Positions 37,667 through 50,530 of a DNA stretch of 64,000 nt are shown here, piece by piece. The notes below the pieces were generated by a model. That model was given only the letters and a program-made list of their open reading frames with translations. It was not told the DNA's origin and did not search any database. The position numbers were made by a program, and so were the translations under genes. The stretch comes from Malacoraja senta (lineage: Eukaryota). The stretch spans positions 11,410,001 to 11,474,000 of the forward strand of contig CM075990.1 in the NCBI GenBank assembly GCA_038087875.1. The letters are read 5' to 3'. Within the stretch, counting starts at the first letter, position 1; each line of letters opens with the position of its first letter.

Positions 37667-38249
37667 TTAGTACTTCGATGTATACCAGCATCCACAGTTC
37701 CTTCCTTCGCATAACAAAATGTCCCATTGCAAATGCCATGTGTTCAAACTACAGTGAGTTACTTCGCACTGCCTTCATGTGGAGTCCTGTCATGCTGTGA
37801 TCTCCAAAAGCAAGGAAGAAAGTGAACCAGATATGTTTGTGTTTTTGGAACACTCTCTTAGTTTTATTGCTTTTTAACAAGGAATTCGCTCCACGTTTCT
37901 ATCATGAAGTGCTGAATTATGGTGAAAATCCACTTCAGCTTTGAATTGTGGACATATGTCACAGCTGGATTGAATTAATTTGCTTGAAAGAACCTGCGGC
38001 GATCCTGCGTAAAAGAAAAATGACACCCATTTCTATTCTTTCCAAGTATGTCACTTTGACACTTTTGTTGTGTGAGGTGGAACAGACTATATCGACACTG
38101 CTAATTATCAACAGTGTTGTGCTTGTAAAGAGGCGTTGTGAATCTTGATAAGTACAACACACAAGTCTTCGCTGTTAACTTGCTGACTTCATCAGTCAGT
38201 GGTGCCAGGCAATACACTGAGCCCTTGCTATCTGCAGATTTACCATCTA

Positions 38250-38622
38250 TGAATAGTGAAAGGCTTGGACAGAGTGGATGTGGAGAGGCTCGTTTCCACT
38301 AGTGGGAGATTCTAGGACCAGAGGTCATAGCCTCAGAATTAAAGGACGTTCCTTTAGGATGGAGATGAGGAGGAATTTCTTTCGGAGACGGAGGTGAATC
38401 TGTGGAATTCTTTGCCATAGAGGGCTGTGGAGGCCAAGTCAATGGATATTTTTAAGGCATAGATAGACAGATTCTTGATAAGTACAGGTGACAGCGGTGA
38501 TGGGAAGAAGGCGGGAGAATGTGGTTAGGAGGGAGAGATAGATCAGCCATGATTGAATGGTGGGATAGACTTGATGGGCTGAATGGCCCAATTCAGCTCC
38601 TATCACTTATGTCATGACCTTA
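38250..38622 (+). mobile_element. CR1 LINE 3' end
   Basis: Homologous to 27085-27458. Confidence 0.85.
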
Positions 38623-39871
38623 TTCACTTATGGATCTGTATTGTCATGAAATCAGATGTATATTACTGGGGGTGTCATGACATGCACATCCCAAGCCCCT
38701 TCCTGTGATGTTTGGTGAATCCAGTTTGGCATGAGATGGACTATATTTGATAACTTGCTGAGGGAAGTCTTAGGGAAGACAATGCTGAGTGGAGATTTGA
38801 TGGAAATATATAACATGATTACAAGTCTGGACCTACTATATAGTGAGACACTGTTTACAATGGCAGAAAGGTCAGGGCCACAGCACGAAACAAAGAGAAC
38901 TAAGAACAAAATGAGGAGATGCTTGTTTATGCGGCTTGACGTCAGAACCAGGGATGCACTGCCATTGTACTTTGTGAGGGAGGTAAGTTCCATTATGGCC
39001 AGTACGAAGAATTTGGATGAACGTATGAAGACATTTTGAGAAAGGCCCTGTGGGTGAAACTAGTGAGGTGTTTAGTTTAGAGATACAATGCAGAAACAGG
39101 CCCTTCGGCCACTGAGACCGGACCCGCCAGCGATCCCCACACATTAACACTATCCGACACACACTAGGACAATTTACAATTATACCAAACCAATTAACCT
39201 GCAAACCTGTACGTCTTTCGAGTGCGGGAGGAAACAAAATGCAATCACTTTCTCTTCTGGAATTCAGTTCTCTTCTTCTTGCTGGGACCAAGGTCAGCGT
39301 TGAGTAATACATTCAAAACTCAAAATGCAGGTTAGTCGGCAGGTTAAGGACGTGCAGCTCATAGAGAGTCATAGCCTCATACAGCGCAGAAACAGGCCTT
39401 TTGGCCCAACTTGTCCATGCCATCCAAAATGCCCCATCTAAGCTAGTCCCAATTACCCGCATTTGGCCTATATCCTAAGCCTTTTGTATTTATGTTCCCG
39501 CCCAAGTGTCTTTTAAATGCTGTTATAGTATCTGCCTCAACTACCTCTGCTGGCAGCTTGCTCTATGTATCCACCACCTTCTGAGTGAAAAGAGGGTTGT
39601 GCAATTCGTGCAAGTGGTGTTGATACAACTACCCACTACAACCTCCATCACTTGGTTGATGTTTGAGGGCTGTCTGATGGGCAGACTGGCTGTTGTTTTC
39701 CCAATATTACAACGGTGACATCAAGAGATAGTTTTTGAGTCAATTGTTTTTTTGGGATGCCTTGAAAGAAAGGAGAACTGCTCTAAATGAATGCACACTT
39801 TTATTCTGCTCTTAGGAAAATGAGGAGGTTTACAATGTCATGGAGGGTAAGAGGGCAAGAAATGTATTAAA

Positions 39872-40304
39872 CTAGACCAGGGGGGACCCGTTGGGTCCCG
39901 CCCCCTCAACGCGTGGTTGCGTGGGGGGGGGGAGGCCTTTGGCATCACACACACACTAACACCCCCCCCCACACACACACACACACACACTAACACCCCC
40001 TTGATATTATATTAATATTCTTAATTCGCTTCTTTTACCCCATCCCGCGCCCTATCCACTCACGCATAACCCCCAACTGCGCAGGCAAGGCTAGAGGACC
40101 AATCAGCTGATCTCAAGGTTTTTTAAAACACTCATAACTTTTTTATTGTTCATCGATGGGAAAAAATCCTCGGGGCCTACTCAGCGGAGGAGGACTGTGC
40201 GTAAGATGGCCAAAAATCATAGCGATACATGGTAGCGTTTTTTTCTAAAATCAATATACAGCGCAGACAGGAAGCGGTTAAGATGAGACTTTTAATTATA
40301 TAGA
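39872..40304 (-). mobile_element. Non-autonomous Helitron related to 19626-20490
   Basis: Minus strand starts A|TCTATATAATTAAAAGTCTCATCTT and shares ~200 bp of 5' sequence with the first copy. 3' hairpin GGGACCC...GGGTCCC at 39883-39899, then CTAG|T. Confidence 0.88.
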
Positions 40305-42099
40305 TGATTCCATGCCAATTGAGAATAACATAAAGTTGACATGGGTGACTGAAGTGGTGGGAATCTGCTGATGTGTACAATTGCCTGTGGTGAACAATGT
40401 TTAGAAAAGCTGCGAATATTGCAGGGTCAGTTCGATTCCACACTACTTAAGTGCAGTTAAATTCTCTCACTGTTTACATGACTTTTCCATGCATTGGAAA
40501 AAACCCTGATGTGCAAAATCAGTCAACATGTTCACATCATGTAAATACAGTGAGCGTCGTTTTTTGCTTTTAAAATTCTGCTTGACAAGCTTGAGTCTAA
40601 TTTTCTTCCTTGCGATCAGTCTTCTGACACACACATAGCCGATGAATAATAAAAGGCAATGCTGCAGTCCTTTTCACAGTACAAAGGGAAAATCCGAACA
40701 GCTTCCTATTCACATTTTTATTTCAGGTGTCAATTAGGGGAACAGACTTTCGGCATTGTGGATTTCCACGCTAAATCCACAGCATTACATCAATTAGCTG
40801 GTGCTTCCGAACAGGGAGCGAACTTCAACATGGATCCAAGCAGAAAATCTTTGATAAACTATATGGCAGAGATATCCAGTGAAGGAAGAAACATGTTTAC
40901 ATGAAAGATATACAGAAGTAGAAAGGACAGTTGTGTCATGGAGCCAAGACGCAAAATAAATTGTAGAGGGAAATTAATAAATATCTCAAGAGCTGAAAGC
41001 TACACAGGGAAAGCCACAGGATGAAGTGAATATTGCTTACAGAAAGGTCTGAGTGGCTTCCTTAGGTATAATTATGTATTTAGATTTTAGTTTAATTTAG
41101 AGATACAGCATAGAAAAAGTCCCTTTGTCCAACATATACATATACATATACATATACATAAAAAACAAACAAACAGTAATAGTGAAAAAAGACAAAACCA
41201 ATTCCCCTAAGTCTATGTAGTTCCGAGCTTATTGGAGGTTGTAGTGTTTAATAGCCTTAAGGCTGTAGGGAAGAAGCTGTTCGTGAACCTGGACGTTGCA
41301 GCTTCTGTGTACCTTCTTTGTGCTGACCTGCGGTTCGCTAGATCACTTTTCCGTGGAGTATCATTCTTTGAAACTCCCACCTGCTTAAACACTGACACAG
41401 AGACATGCCGGCACACAAGAGTTAAAGTTACAGACACAGTGGAGAAACAGAAGGCACAACATCTCTTTTGTTTTGGGACATTATTGTCCCATCTGTGGCT
41501 ATATTGCAGAAAGAGACAGCTTGTGTTAATAGTGATAGCAGGTAACAATAGGAGGCCAGCTGTTGGCAGATGCAATACTGCATCTTGTTAAATCTCTGAG
41601 AGAAGCAAGGAATTATATTAGAATGTTCCAAAATACTCGCTGTGAATGGATCAAACTAAGTGGTGCTGAGGTGGTAACTTACTCACTGTAAGCAGGTTGA
41701 CAGTTTCTCTGCAAGAGCAGATGGTGGAAGCTCAGGCCAAATGTGTACATTAAGGAAGGCTTGCATTTATATATCACCTTTCATCACCTTAGTAGACACG
41801 TTAGAGCCACTGAATTATTTTCTGAAGAGCCCCCATAGATATAATGTTGGATGCACAGACAGAAATGTGATCACTCTTAGACCATCTGTTTTTATCACGT
41901 TGACTACGAGATAAGTATTGAATACTATGACATGGATTTATTGCACAGTTTTGTTTTGTATATTTTTTGTTCTGAATAAAATAATATTGGGGGTGGGGGG
42001 GGGGGGAATTGGCTAGGGTGACATGGGTATTTGTTGTGGCATGAGTGAAAATGTTGTCTTATGTACAGACTACTGAATATGAAACTATTGAATGCAATA

Positions 42100-42322
42100 G
42101 TCTGTGGAATTCTCTGCCTCAGAGGGCGGTGGAGGCAGGTTCTCTGGATGCTTTCAAGAGAGAGCTAGATAGGGCTCTTAAAGATAGCAGAGTCAGGGGA
42201 TATGGGGAGAAGGCAGGAACGGGGTACTGATTTGGGATGATCAGCCATGATCACATTGAATGGCGGTGCTGGCTCGAAGGGCCAAATGGCCTACTCCTGC
42301 ACCTGTTGTCTATTGTCTATTG
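42100..42322 (+). mobile_element. CR1 LINE 3' end (CTATTGT tail variant)
   Basis: LWNSLPQRAVEAGSLDAFKRELD..GEKAGTGY* followed by the 3' UTR. Confidence 0.85.
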
Positions 42323-43489
42323 TAATAGTAAATTAAATGCAAGAAGAGTGCATGAAGTGTTTTATATATATATGGTTTTGGTTTTGTATATATTTTTATT
42401 ATGAATAAAGATTATTTTCAGCAAAACACTGTACTTGCTCAAAATATATATACACATACAATATTAAACACATTGATACCAGTACTGGACTGGTATCAAT
42501 GTGTTTAATTCTCCAGGAAGATGGGTGAACCTTCAGAAGTGGGGGGGGCAAGTGTGCTGCAAATTGTTCTGGGCAGATGACACTTAAAACCAGCTGTCTA
42601 CAATCCAATTTCATGGTCATTTTTTACCCAGGGGGGAGAGGACAGTAGCACAATGTTTTTTCTTGCATCTGGCTATTGGCATGAAAGAATCTCCCCTCTT
42701 CATTAAGCTGAAATGAAGTCAAGGGAAAGGAGGCCCGTGGATCAGGATGTATGTAGCAAGAGGCGGGACGGGGGAAATCTAAATCTTGTCCAATCTCCCC
42801 AGGCACTGTCTATAAATGGGTACAAAAGGGGAAGGATGTAGATGCTAATTAGTGTGTGGCTCTCTGATAATGCGATGCCGGGACTGCACTGAGTCGGCTG
42901 AAACATAAGCAGAGGAGTTTCAGCTACAACTTGTCAGAAGTGCAACAACATATGGTGGCGGACCTCGTAATCAAAACAAGCTGAGCGGAGTCTGTGGTCC
43001 GGTGAGAGGCCAGACAGAACAGGCATCTGCTGCTCCATAATTGATAGCAGCGTTGATGTTTGGGGAGCACTATGTAACTATTGACCCCATCAAGCTTTGA
43101 AATATGGCTTTCTGGCAGGGTAGGGGGTCCAAGCCGATTTACATGGAGACTTTACAAGCGTAAAAGTTCCTCAAATTACATAGAACATAGAACAGTGCAG
43201 CGTAGAAACAAGCCCCTCGGCCCACAATGTCTGTGCCCAAGTTAAACTACTCTCTACCTGCTTGTGATCCATATTCCTCCATTCCCAGAATATTTATGTG
43301 CCTATCCAAACGCCTTTTAATTACTATCGTATCTACCTCCACACCACACCTGGCAGCATGTTCCAGGCACCAACTTAATCTCCTTTAAACTTTACCCCCC
43401 CCCCCCCTCACCTTAAAGCCATTATCCAAACCAACGTGCTTATGCTCAGTAAGAATACAATACTCAGCTAAGATACATACATTTGACCA

Positions 43490-43705
43490 CAGATAGATAC
43501 AAAGTGCTGGACTAACTCAGCGGGTCAGGCAGCATCTCTGGGGAAAATAGATAGTTAACGTTTCGGATCGCGACCCTTCTTCAGATGAATTGTCCCGACC
43601 CGAAACATCACCTATCTATTTTCTCCAGAGATGCTGCTTGACCCGCTGAGTTACTCTAGCACTTTGTGTCTATCTTTTGTAGAAGCCAGCATCTGCAGTT
43701 CCTAC
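43490..43705. mobile_element. Inverted Penelope-like repeat with a complete hammerhead-like core on the minus strand
   Basis: Reverse complement of about 43554-43586 reads CUGAAGA-A-GGGUCGCGAUCC-GAAAC-GUU. The arms are inverted about 43590. Confidence 0.75.
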
Positions 43706-43795
43706 TTATAACATTGGGCCACAGTTCACCTCAGACAGCTGGTTAATTGAAGAGTAGGTCAGGAAAGAAGACAGAAGACATGAGAGAAGACAGAA

Positions 43796-44612
43796 ATAAG
43801 ATACAAGAGATACAAGATACATTTATTTGTTACATGTACCAATTGGTACAGTGAATTGTGTGGTCGCCATACAGCCACACGAATAATAAAGAGCATATAA
43901 CACAAAGTCTTCACACAAACATCCCCACACAGCGGGATCAAAGTTTCCCACTGTGAGGGTAGGCTCCAAAATTCAGTCATCCTCCTCTGTTGTCCTCCCG
44001 TGGTCGAGGGGCTCCCGAACCCCCCGCTGTCGCCTCTACGGGCGGCCCGATGTTCAGGCCCGCTCGCCGGGGTGATGGAAGTCCGACGTCGGGACTGGAG
44101 GACGTCCTCAGCAGCTTGGACATCCGAATCGGCCACCTCCTACCGGAGTCCGTGGCTCCCGAAGTGCACAGGCGGAGATTCAACGCTGGCGGCCCTTGGC
44201 AAAGGGCCCCTAGACTCCGCGAGGTTGAAGTCAGTGCCGCCTGCGCTGGAAGCTCTACGAACCACAGTTCCGATGTTGGAGCAGCAGGCCCAACACTCCG
44301 GAGCTTCAACGGTGATCCAGGTAAGGCATCGCGGTGCATCCAGCGCTGCGCCGCCGCTGCTGAAGCTCTGGTCTGGGTCCCCGGCAGGAAAGGCCGCTCC
44401 AATCCAGGAGGGGGGCGAGGACGCGACTTGGAGAATAGTCATGTCCTCGCCAGGAAGTGACTGGGAAACGGTTTCCCCCTTACCCTACACCCCTCCCCCA
44501 CATAGAAAAGCCAAAGAAATCTCCAAAACGAACTTGAAAACTGACTAAAAATAAAAAAGACAGAAAAACAGACAAACTGTAGGCAGAGGCTGCCATCAAT
44601 GCGGCGACCCAA
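43796..44612 (-). mobile_element. CpG-rich non-autonomous retroposon (unclassified)
   Basis: (TATCTTG)n tail, AATAAA, a subterminal CACAG..CTGTG hairpin and a 5' end 'atggcagcctctgcctacagtttgtctg' resembling 6373-7206. Confidence 0.7.
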
Positions 44613-44946
44613 GTGGAATAGTGAAGACTGGAGTGCGCAGCACAGTGGCGCAGAGTAGTCACTAGAGCTTCTTCCCAGCTCCAGTGACCTGGGCTCAATC
44701 CAGGCCTCTGGCCCTGTCAGTGTGGAGTTTGCACGTTCTCCCTCTGACTTTTGGGTTTCATAAGGTCATGATGATAGGAGCAGAATTAGGCCGTTCAGCT
44801 CATCATGTCTGTTCTGCCATTCAATCATGGCCGATCTATCTCTCCCTCCTAACACCATTCTCCTGCCTTCTCCCCATAACTCCTGGCACCCGTTCTAATC
44901 AAGACTCCGCCTATCTCTGCCTTAAAAATATCCATTGACTTGTCCT

Positions 44947-45146
44947 NNNNNNNNNNNNNNNNNNNNNNNNNNNNNNNNNNNNNNNNNNNNNNNNNNNNNN
45001 NNNNNNNNNNNNNNNNNNNNNNNNNNNNNNNNNNNNNNNNNNNNNNNNNNNNNNNNNNNNNNNNNNNNNNNNNNNNNNNNNNNNNNNNNNNNNNNNNNNN
45101 NNNNNNNNNNNNNNNNNNNNNNNNNNNNNNNNNNNNNNNNNNNNNN
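44947..45146. other. Assembly gap (200 N)
   Basis: Run of N. A CR1 fragment is cut off at the left edge. Confidence 1.
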
Positions 45147-47028
45147 CGAGGACTGCTTCATGGAGGTTTCCTTGAAGCAAATGGGGATAGTAGATTATTG
45201 ATGTGAGTGTTTAAGATGTCAGCAAAGACTGTGCCTGTTTATTGATGCATATTTAGAACTCATCCAGGGACTCAATCCGGGTCGGACACTTTCGCGTGGC
45301 CATCCTTCTTAAAAGCCTTGGATCTGGAGTTTAGAAGAGAATGAATGTCACTGCTCATCCAAGGTTTCTGGTTCGGACAGATTCCAAGTATCCTTGCCGG
45401 AACACAATATTCATTGCTTGTCTTGATGAAACCGGTGACAACTGGGTCTGAAGAAGGATCTCGACCCCAAACATCACCCATTCCTTCTATCCAGAGATGC
45501 CGCCTGTCCACTGAGTTACTCCAGCATTTTGTGTCTACCTTCGGTATAACCAGCATCTGCAGTCCTCTACTACACAACTGAGGTGTACACATTGTGGCTA
45601 AATGAAATGATCTGGAACCTGTTTCAGTCCCCTGACTCAAGGCAGTCTTGAGAAAATCTTCCAAGATCTTTGATTTTCTCCTACACACCAAAGACATACA
45701 GGTTTGTAAGTTAATTGGCTTGGTATAAATGTAAATTGTTCCAGTGTGTGTAGGATAGTGTTAATGTGTGGGATCGCTGGTCGGTGCAGACCAGAGATTC
45801 CACGCTGAATCTCTAAAACTAAAAAATAAAGCACAGAATAGTCACCTGGTTGGGCCCCTCTTGAAGCATTTCTGATGGTATTTGGGGAGTATGTTTTGTG
45901 AAGTTAGCTTGAATGAAGTTCTATCTCTCTCTCTTTCTCTAGTAACATATTCCATGGTGAGTGGACAAAGCCGCAGAAGCCTCCGCGGATTCACCTGATT
46001 CCACACGATGTCTTTTGATGCAGCAGACCTGTTACGGCTCATTTCCCAAGTTCATTTCCCCAGCACTCCGCTGATGGGTCTGAACAATCTCCCTGCAGCT
46101 GCATTTGGAAAGTGATCAGGTCCATTTTCTTCCCATCTGCTTTTCATACAAGATGAGTTTTCTCCCAGGGCAGAAGCTTTTAGTTGACACCAATTGACCT
46201 TTTTTACGTGCCATTGCTGCGTCAGCTTTCAGGAACTAGTTAGTCCCCAGCCCTGCTGTGGGCTGCACGTTTTGACATATTGATTAGCTGGTGCTGTGAA
46301 ATAGATGAATTTACCTACTCCACACAAATTAGTCCTTTCCGTATTGATTGAGGGCAGCAATCACTGCCAGTGACAGTCCACAGAAGACCATTAAATGTTC
46401 TCACTCCATCCTCAGTCCTATCCTCTGTCCCTCTTCTCCTCCCACCTATTTCTTCTGTCCTTCTTCCCTTCTATCCTCTTTTCCTCTTTTCTGCCTCCCA
46501 CCTCCTCCTTTTCCTTTTCCTCTCTATTGCAGTGTGTCCCCCCTCCCCCCCATTGCCTATTGCCCCTTCTTCCATCTTTCTCCTCTCCCCATTAAGGCCA
46601 TAAGATCATATCAGGTGCAGGAGCAGAATTGGCCATTCGGCCCATCAAGTCTACTCCACCATTCAATCATGCTGATCTATCTCTCCCTCCTAACCAATTC
46701 TCCTGCCTTCTCCCCATAACTTCTGACACCCGTACTAATCAAGAATCTATCTATAACTGTCTTAAAATTATCCACTGACTTGGCCTCCACCGCCTTCTGT
46801 GACAAATAATTCCAAAGATTCACCACCCTGTGACTAACAAATGTCTCCTCATCTCCTTCCTAAAGAACGTCCTTCAATTCTATGACCTAAGAACGTCCTT
46901 TAATTCTAGTCCTAGACTCTCCCACTTGTGGAAACATCCTCTCCACATCTACTCTATCCAAGCCTTTCACTATTCTGTATGTTTCAACGAGGTTCCCCCT
47001 CATTCTTCTAAACTCCAATAAGTATACC

Positions 47029-47465
47029 TGCTTGGGTAGCTTACAACCCAATGGTATGAACGTTGAATTCTCCAATTTTAAGTAACTAACTCTCCCCCCC
47101 CCTTTCTTTCCCCAACCCTTTTCCCCTCTTCCTTCCCCATGTCCCACCTGACCCCCACCTGTTTCTCCCCTTCCACTTACATTCCTTCTTCTAGCTTCAC
47201 AATTTACAACTCTTCAATGCTTTTGTGTCACACCTTCTGTCCTTTCAATGTCTGGTCTTTGTCCAACCATCAAAAACCCTCCTCACGTGTCTACTTCTTA
47301 TTTGCCAGGCTTTGTCCACCTCCCTCTTTTCCAGCTTTCTCCTTCCATCCCCCCCCCCCCAATCAACCTGAAAAAGAGTTTACCCAAAGTTTAACCTACC
47401 CCTGTTTTCAGAGATGCTGCCTGACCCACTGAGTTACTTTGTATACCAGTCTCTGCAGTTCCTTA
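47029..47465 (+). mobile_element. 3' end of a Penelope-like element: last ORF codons, pyrimidine-rich UTR and terminal repeat
   Basis: 47032-47085 translates LGSLQPNGMNVEFSNFK*, resembling the L-x-[TS]-L-x-P-x-G-[LM]-N end of PLE GIY-YIG domains. It is followed by the 'cagagatgctgcctgacccactgagttac..ctgcagttcctt' repeat. Confidence 0.7.
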
Positions 47466-48797
47466 TTTTAACATACATTTTCTATCTGCAGTATTTGCTA
47501 TTCGTGAGATGCACTGCAGAAACTTGCTAATCCTACTTGGACATCTCTCAAGCCTCCTATGTCTTTTGTGCCCAATCTATGGTCAGTGGTCACTTATTTT
47601 CACACCTTACCCTTCCATATCTCTATGTCTCCCTCTCTCCTGACTCTCAGTCTGAAGAATGGTCACGACCTGAAATGTCACCCATTCCTTCTCTCCAGAG
47701 ATGCTGCCTGCCCGCTGAGTTGCTCCTGCATTTTGTGTCTATCTTTGGTGTAAACCAGCATCTGCAGTTCCTTCCTACACTCTGGTCAGTGGGCTAGATG
47801 TGACCCTCGGAGACAACTCTTGACCAATGGTGACTCAGATCTGGATATTTACCTTGCAGGACCACAAGCCCCCCTCCTTGGTGATACACTTTGCTTCCAC
47901 ATTGTTGACTGTGGTTTACAGTGGGTTGCAGATCACGAGTGTTCGAGAATGGATAGTGGTGGGAGGCGATCAAGATCTTGAGAAGTTGGAGCAGTCAAAG
48001 AGGGATTAAGAGCTGGAATGGGAAGCAGGAGAGGAAGGTTTGGAACAGGGGCACAGAAGATGGTGATGACGACGAGCTTGAGGAAAGGTGTGTCATGCCA
48101 CGATCGAGATGAAGAGAGATATCCAGATTCAGATTGAGAATTTGGTTTGCAGACATAACAGATATAAAATCCCACTTAATTGCTCATTCACCACAACCCT
48201 GAACAGTGGCAGAACTCATCTGACTGAGGAATGTATCTTTTCTCTGTAGATGCTTAATTTTGGGCATTGACAGTTCCAAGTTATTCCTTTATCCCGTTGC
48301 TCTAACCATTGAAGGGAAAGAGATACCCCGGGGCCAGATTGGTCTGCATGTCCACAATTAATTAAATGTCCCATCAAATATTATCAAAGCAGAACCTCAA
48401 CGATTAATGTTTAAATCAATAGACTTTGTGGATTAACATTGCCTGTCAACAGCACCAGCTTTTCAATTGGTAGATATTTGCTGATCCCTAACCAATCATG
48501 TCAATCATTTGATTGCTTATTAATTACCCTCTGACTTGATTGATCCCTAGTTATATATTTTGCTGTATTTCTATAAAAGCAAATTAAGCTTTTTTCCCGA
48601 GAATCATTAATGCTTTGAATTAGAGTCATAGAGTGTTTCCACATACAGTGTGGAAACAGTCCTTCGGCCCAACTACAGAGACTACCCAGTGGGTGTTAGC
48701 ATTTATAGAGCTTCCCCAGGGAGTATATCAATGCTTACAGGATGTCCCTGGGAGTGTGTCTGTACTCACAGGTGAAAGAGGGACTCTGATAATGTTT

Positions 48798-48981
48798 TAA
48801 AGAAGGAACTGCAGATGCTGGAAAATTGAAGGTACACAAAAATGCTGGAGAAACTCAGCGGGTGCAGCAGCATCTATGGAGCGAAGGAAATAGGCAATGT
48901 TTCGGGCCGAAACGTTGCCTATCTCCTTCGCTCCATAGATGCTGCTGCACCCGCTGAGTTTTCTCCAGCATTTTTGTGTAC
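48798..48981. mobile_element. Palindromic Penelope-like short insertion (young subfamily)
   Basis: Nearly identical to 9353-9540, including the centre 'tttcgggccgaaa'. 14-bp duplication CTCTGATAATGTTT at 48784-48797 and 48982-48995. Confidence 0.85.
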
Positions 48982-50301
48982 CTCTGATAATGTTTACTGG
49001 CAGAACAGTGGAGGATGCCCAAGCCTACAAGGGTCTGGATTGTAAGTATTTGCACAGTGCTCTGAGGAGAATGTCAGTCCTCCTCGGCCTACACCAGCAT
49101 TTACTGACATTCTCTGGGAGTCCATTAATCTTTATATGCGGTTCCAGGCTCTTACAGAATGTCAATATTTTTTGGGCACAAAAAGCTTTGTGCTTGTGGT
49201 CAGAGGTTATGGGAGAAGGCAGGAGAATGGGCTTAGGAGGGAGAGATAGATCAGCCATGATTGAATGGTGGAGTGGACTTAATGGGCCGACTGGCCTAAT
49301 TCTACTCATCACTTATGATCTTGTGTGTCATTGCTAACTGGTGTTACACATAACAGGCCTTCACTAAAAGTGCATTGCGATTAACATATAACATCCCCGA
49401 AACTGCAAGTGGTACCATTTTAAAGGGAGGTCATAAGGTCATAAGTGATAAGAGTAGAATTAGGCCATTCGGCCCGTCAAGTCTACTCATCATTCAATCA
49501 TGGCTGATCTATCTCACCCTCCTAACCCCATTCTCCAGCCTTCTCCCCATAGCCTCTGACACCTGCACTAATCAAGAATCTATCTATCTCTGCCTTAAAA
49601 ATATCCACTGATTTGGCCTCCACAGCCTTCTGTGGCAAAGAATTCCACTAATAATAATAATAATGAATTTTATTTATGGGCGCCTTATACCGAGGTCTCA
49701 AGGACACCTTACAGAGATTTATAGAAAACATATAATCAGAATTTAAAAAAAATAAGTTATAAAGACCAATACACAAATCAGGGACAGAATTCCTTCCAAA
49801 AACACAAAAAAGAAAATCAGAAGCACAATTTGAGGAGATACTGTGCAGAAACTGTAGAGATACTGTGCAGAAACACCACTTCCTTACACACACTAGAGAC
49901 AATTTTTACATTTACGCCAAGTTAATACCTGATCGTAAAACCCTGAGAGTGGGTTAGCATTTGCAGTGAGTTCCTGGGAACGTGTCAAAATTAACAGACC
50001 GCTGAGAGTGTCCATTATTTACACAGTCCAGAGATTTCTGCCTGGACCCCACTCATTGGTCTTTTTTTGTGCATTTTCCTTCCTGAAGTCCACTTTAATC
50101 CATGGTCCAATTATCTTGAGACCTTTTCATGCATTCAAGTCTACATTGTAAAATTATTTACATTGTTGAGTCAAGAGAGTCACGAGTGTTTCATTGTCAT
50201 ATGTCCCAGATAGAACAATGAAATTCTTATTTGCAGAACAAAATATGTAAACATGGTACACTGTGAACAATATAATGAACAAAAAAAGTTCAGTGTTTGT
50301 A

Positions 50302-50362
50302 TACACACACACCCACGCACACACACGCGCACACGCACACACACACACACGCGCACACACAC

Positions 50363-50418
<56 letters not shown>

Positions 50419-50464
50419 GCACACACACACACACACGCACCCACACACACACGCACCCACACAC

Positions 50465-50518
<54 letters not shown>

Positions 50519-50530
50519 ATGTGTGTATAC
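50302..50530. repeat. (CA)n followed by (TA)n microsatellite
   Basis: Directly visible. It lies within a Rex1-type 3' UTR fragment starting near 50168. Confidence 0.97.

Noticed and set aside
40728..40904. Possible terminal coding exon after 'ttttatttcag'
   Set aside because: The acceptor is plausible, but the peptide is unrecognisable and I found no partner coding exons.
43759..44548. Overlapping 125-182 aa ORFs on both strands
   Set aside because: Expected from the high GC content of the CpG-rich repeat, with no domain motifs.
44911..45206. ORFs containing X runs
   Set aside because: They span the assembly gap.
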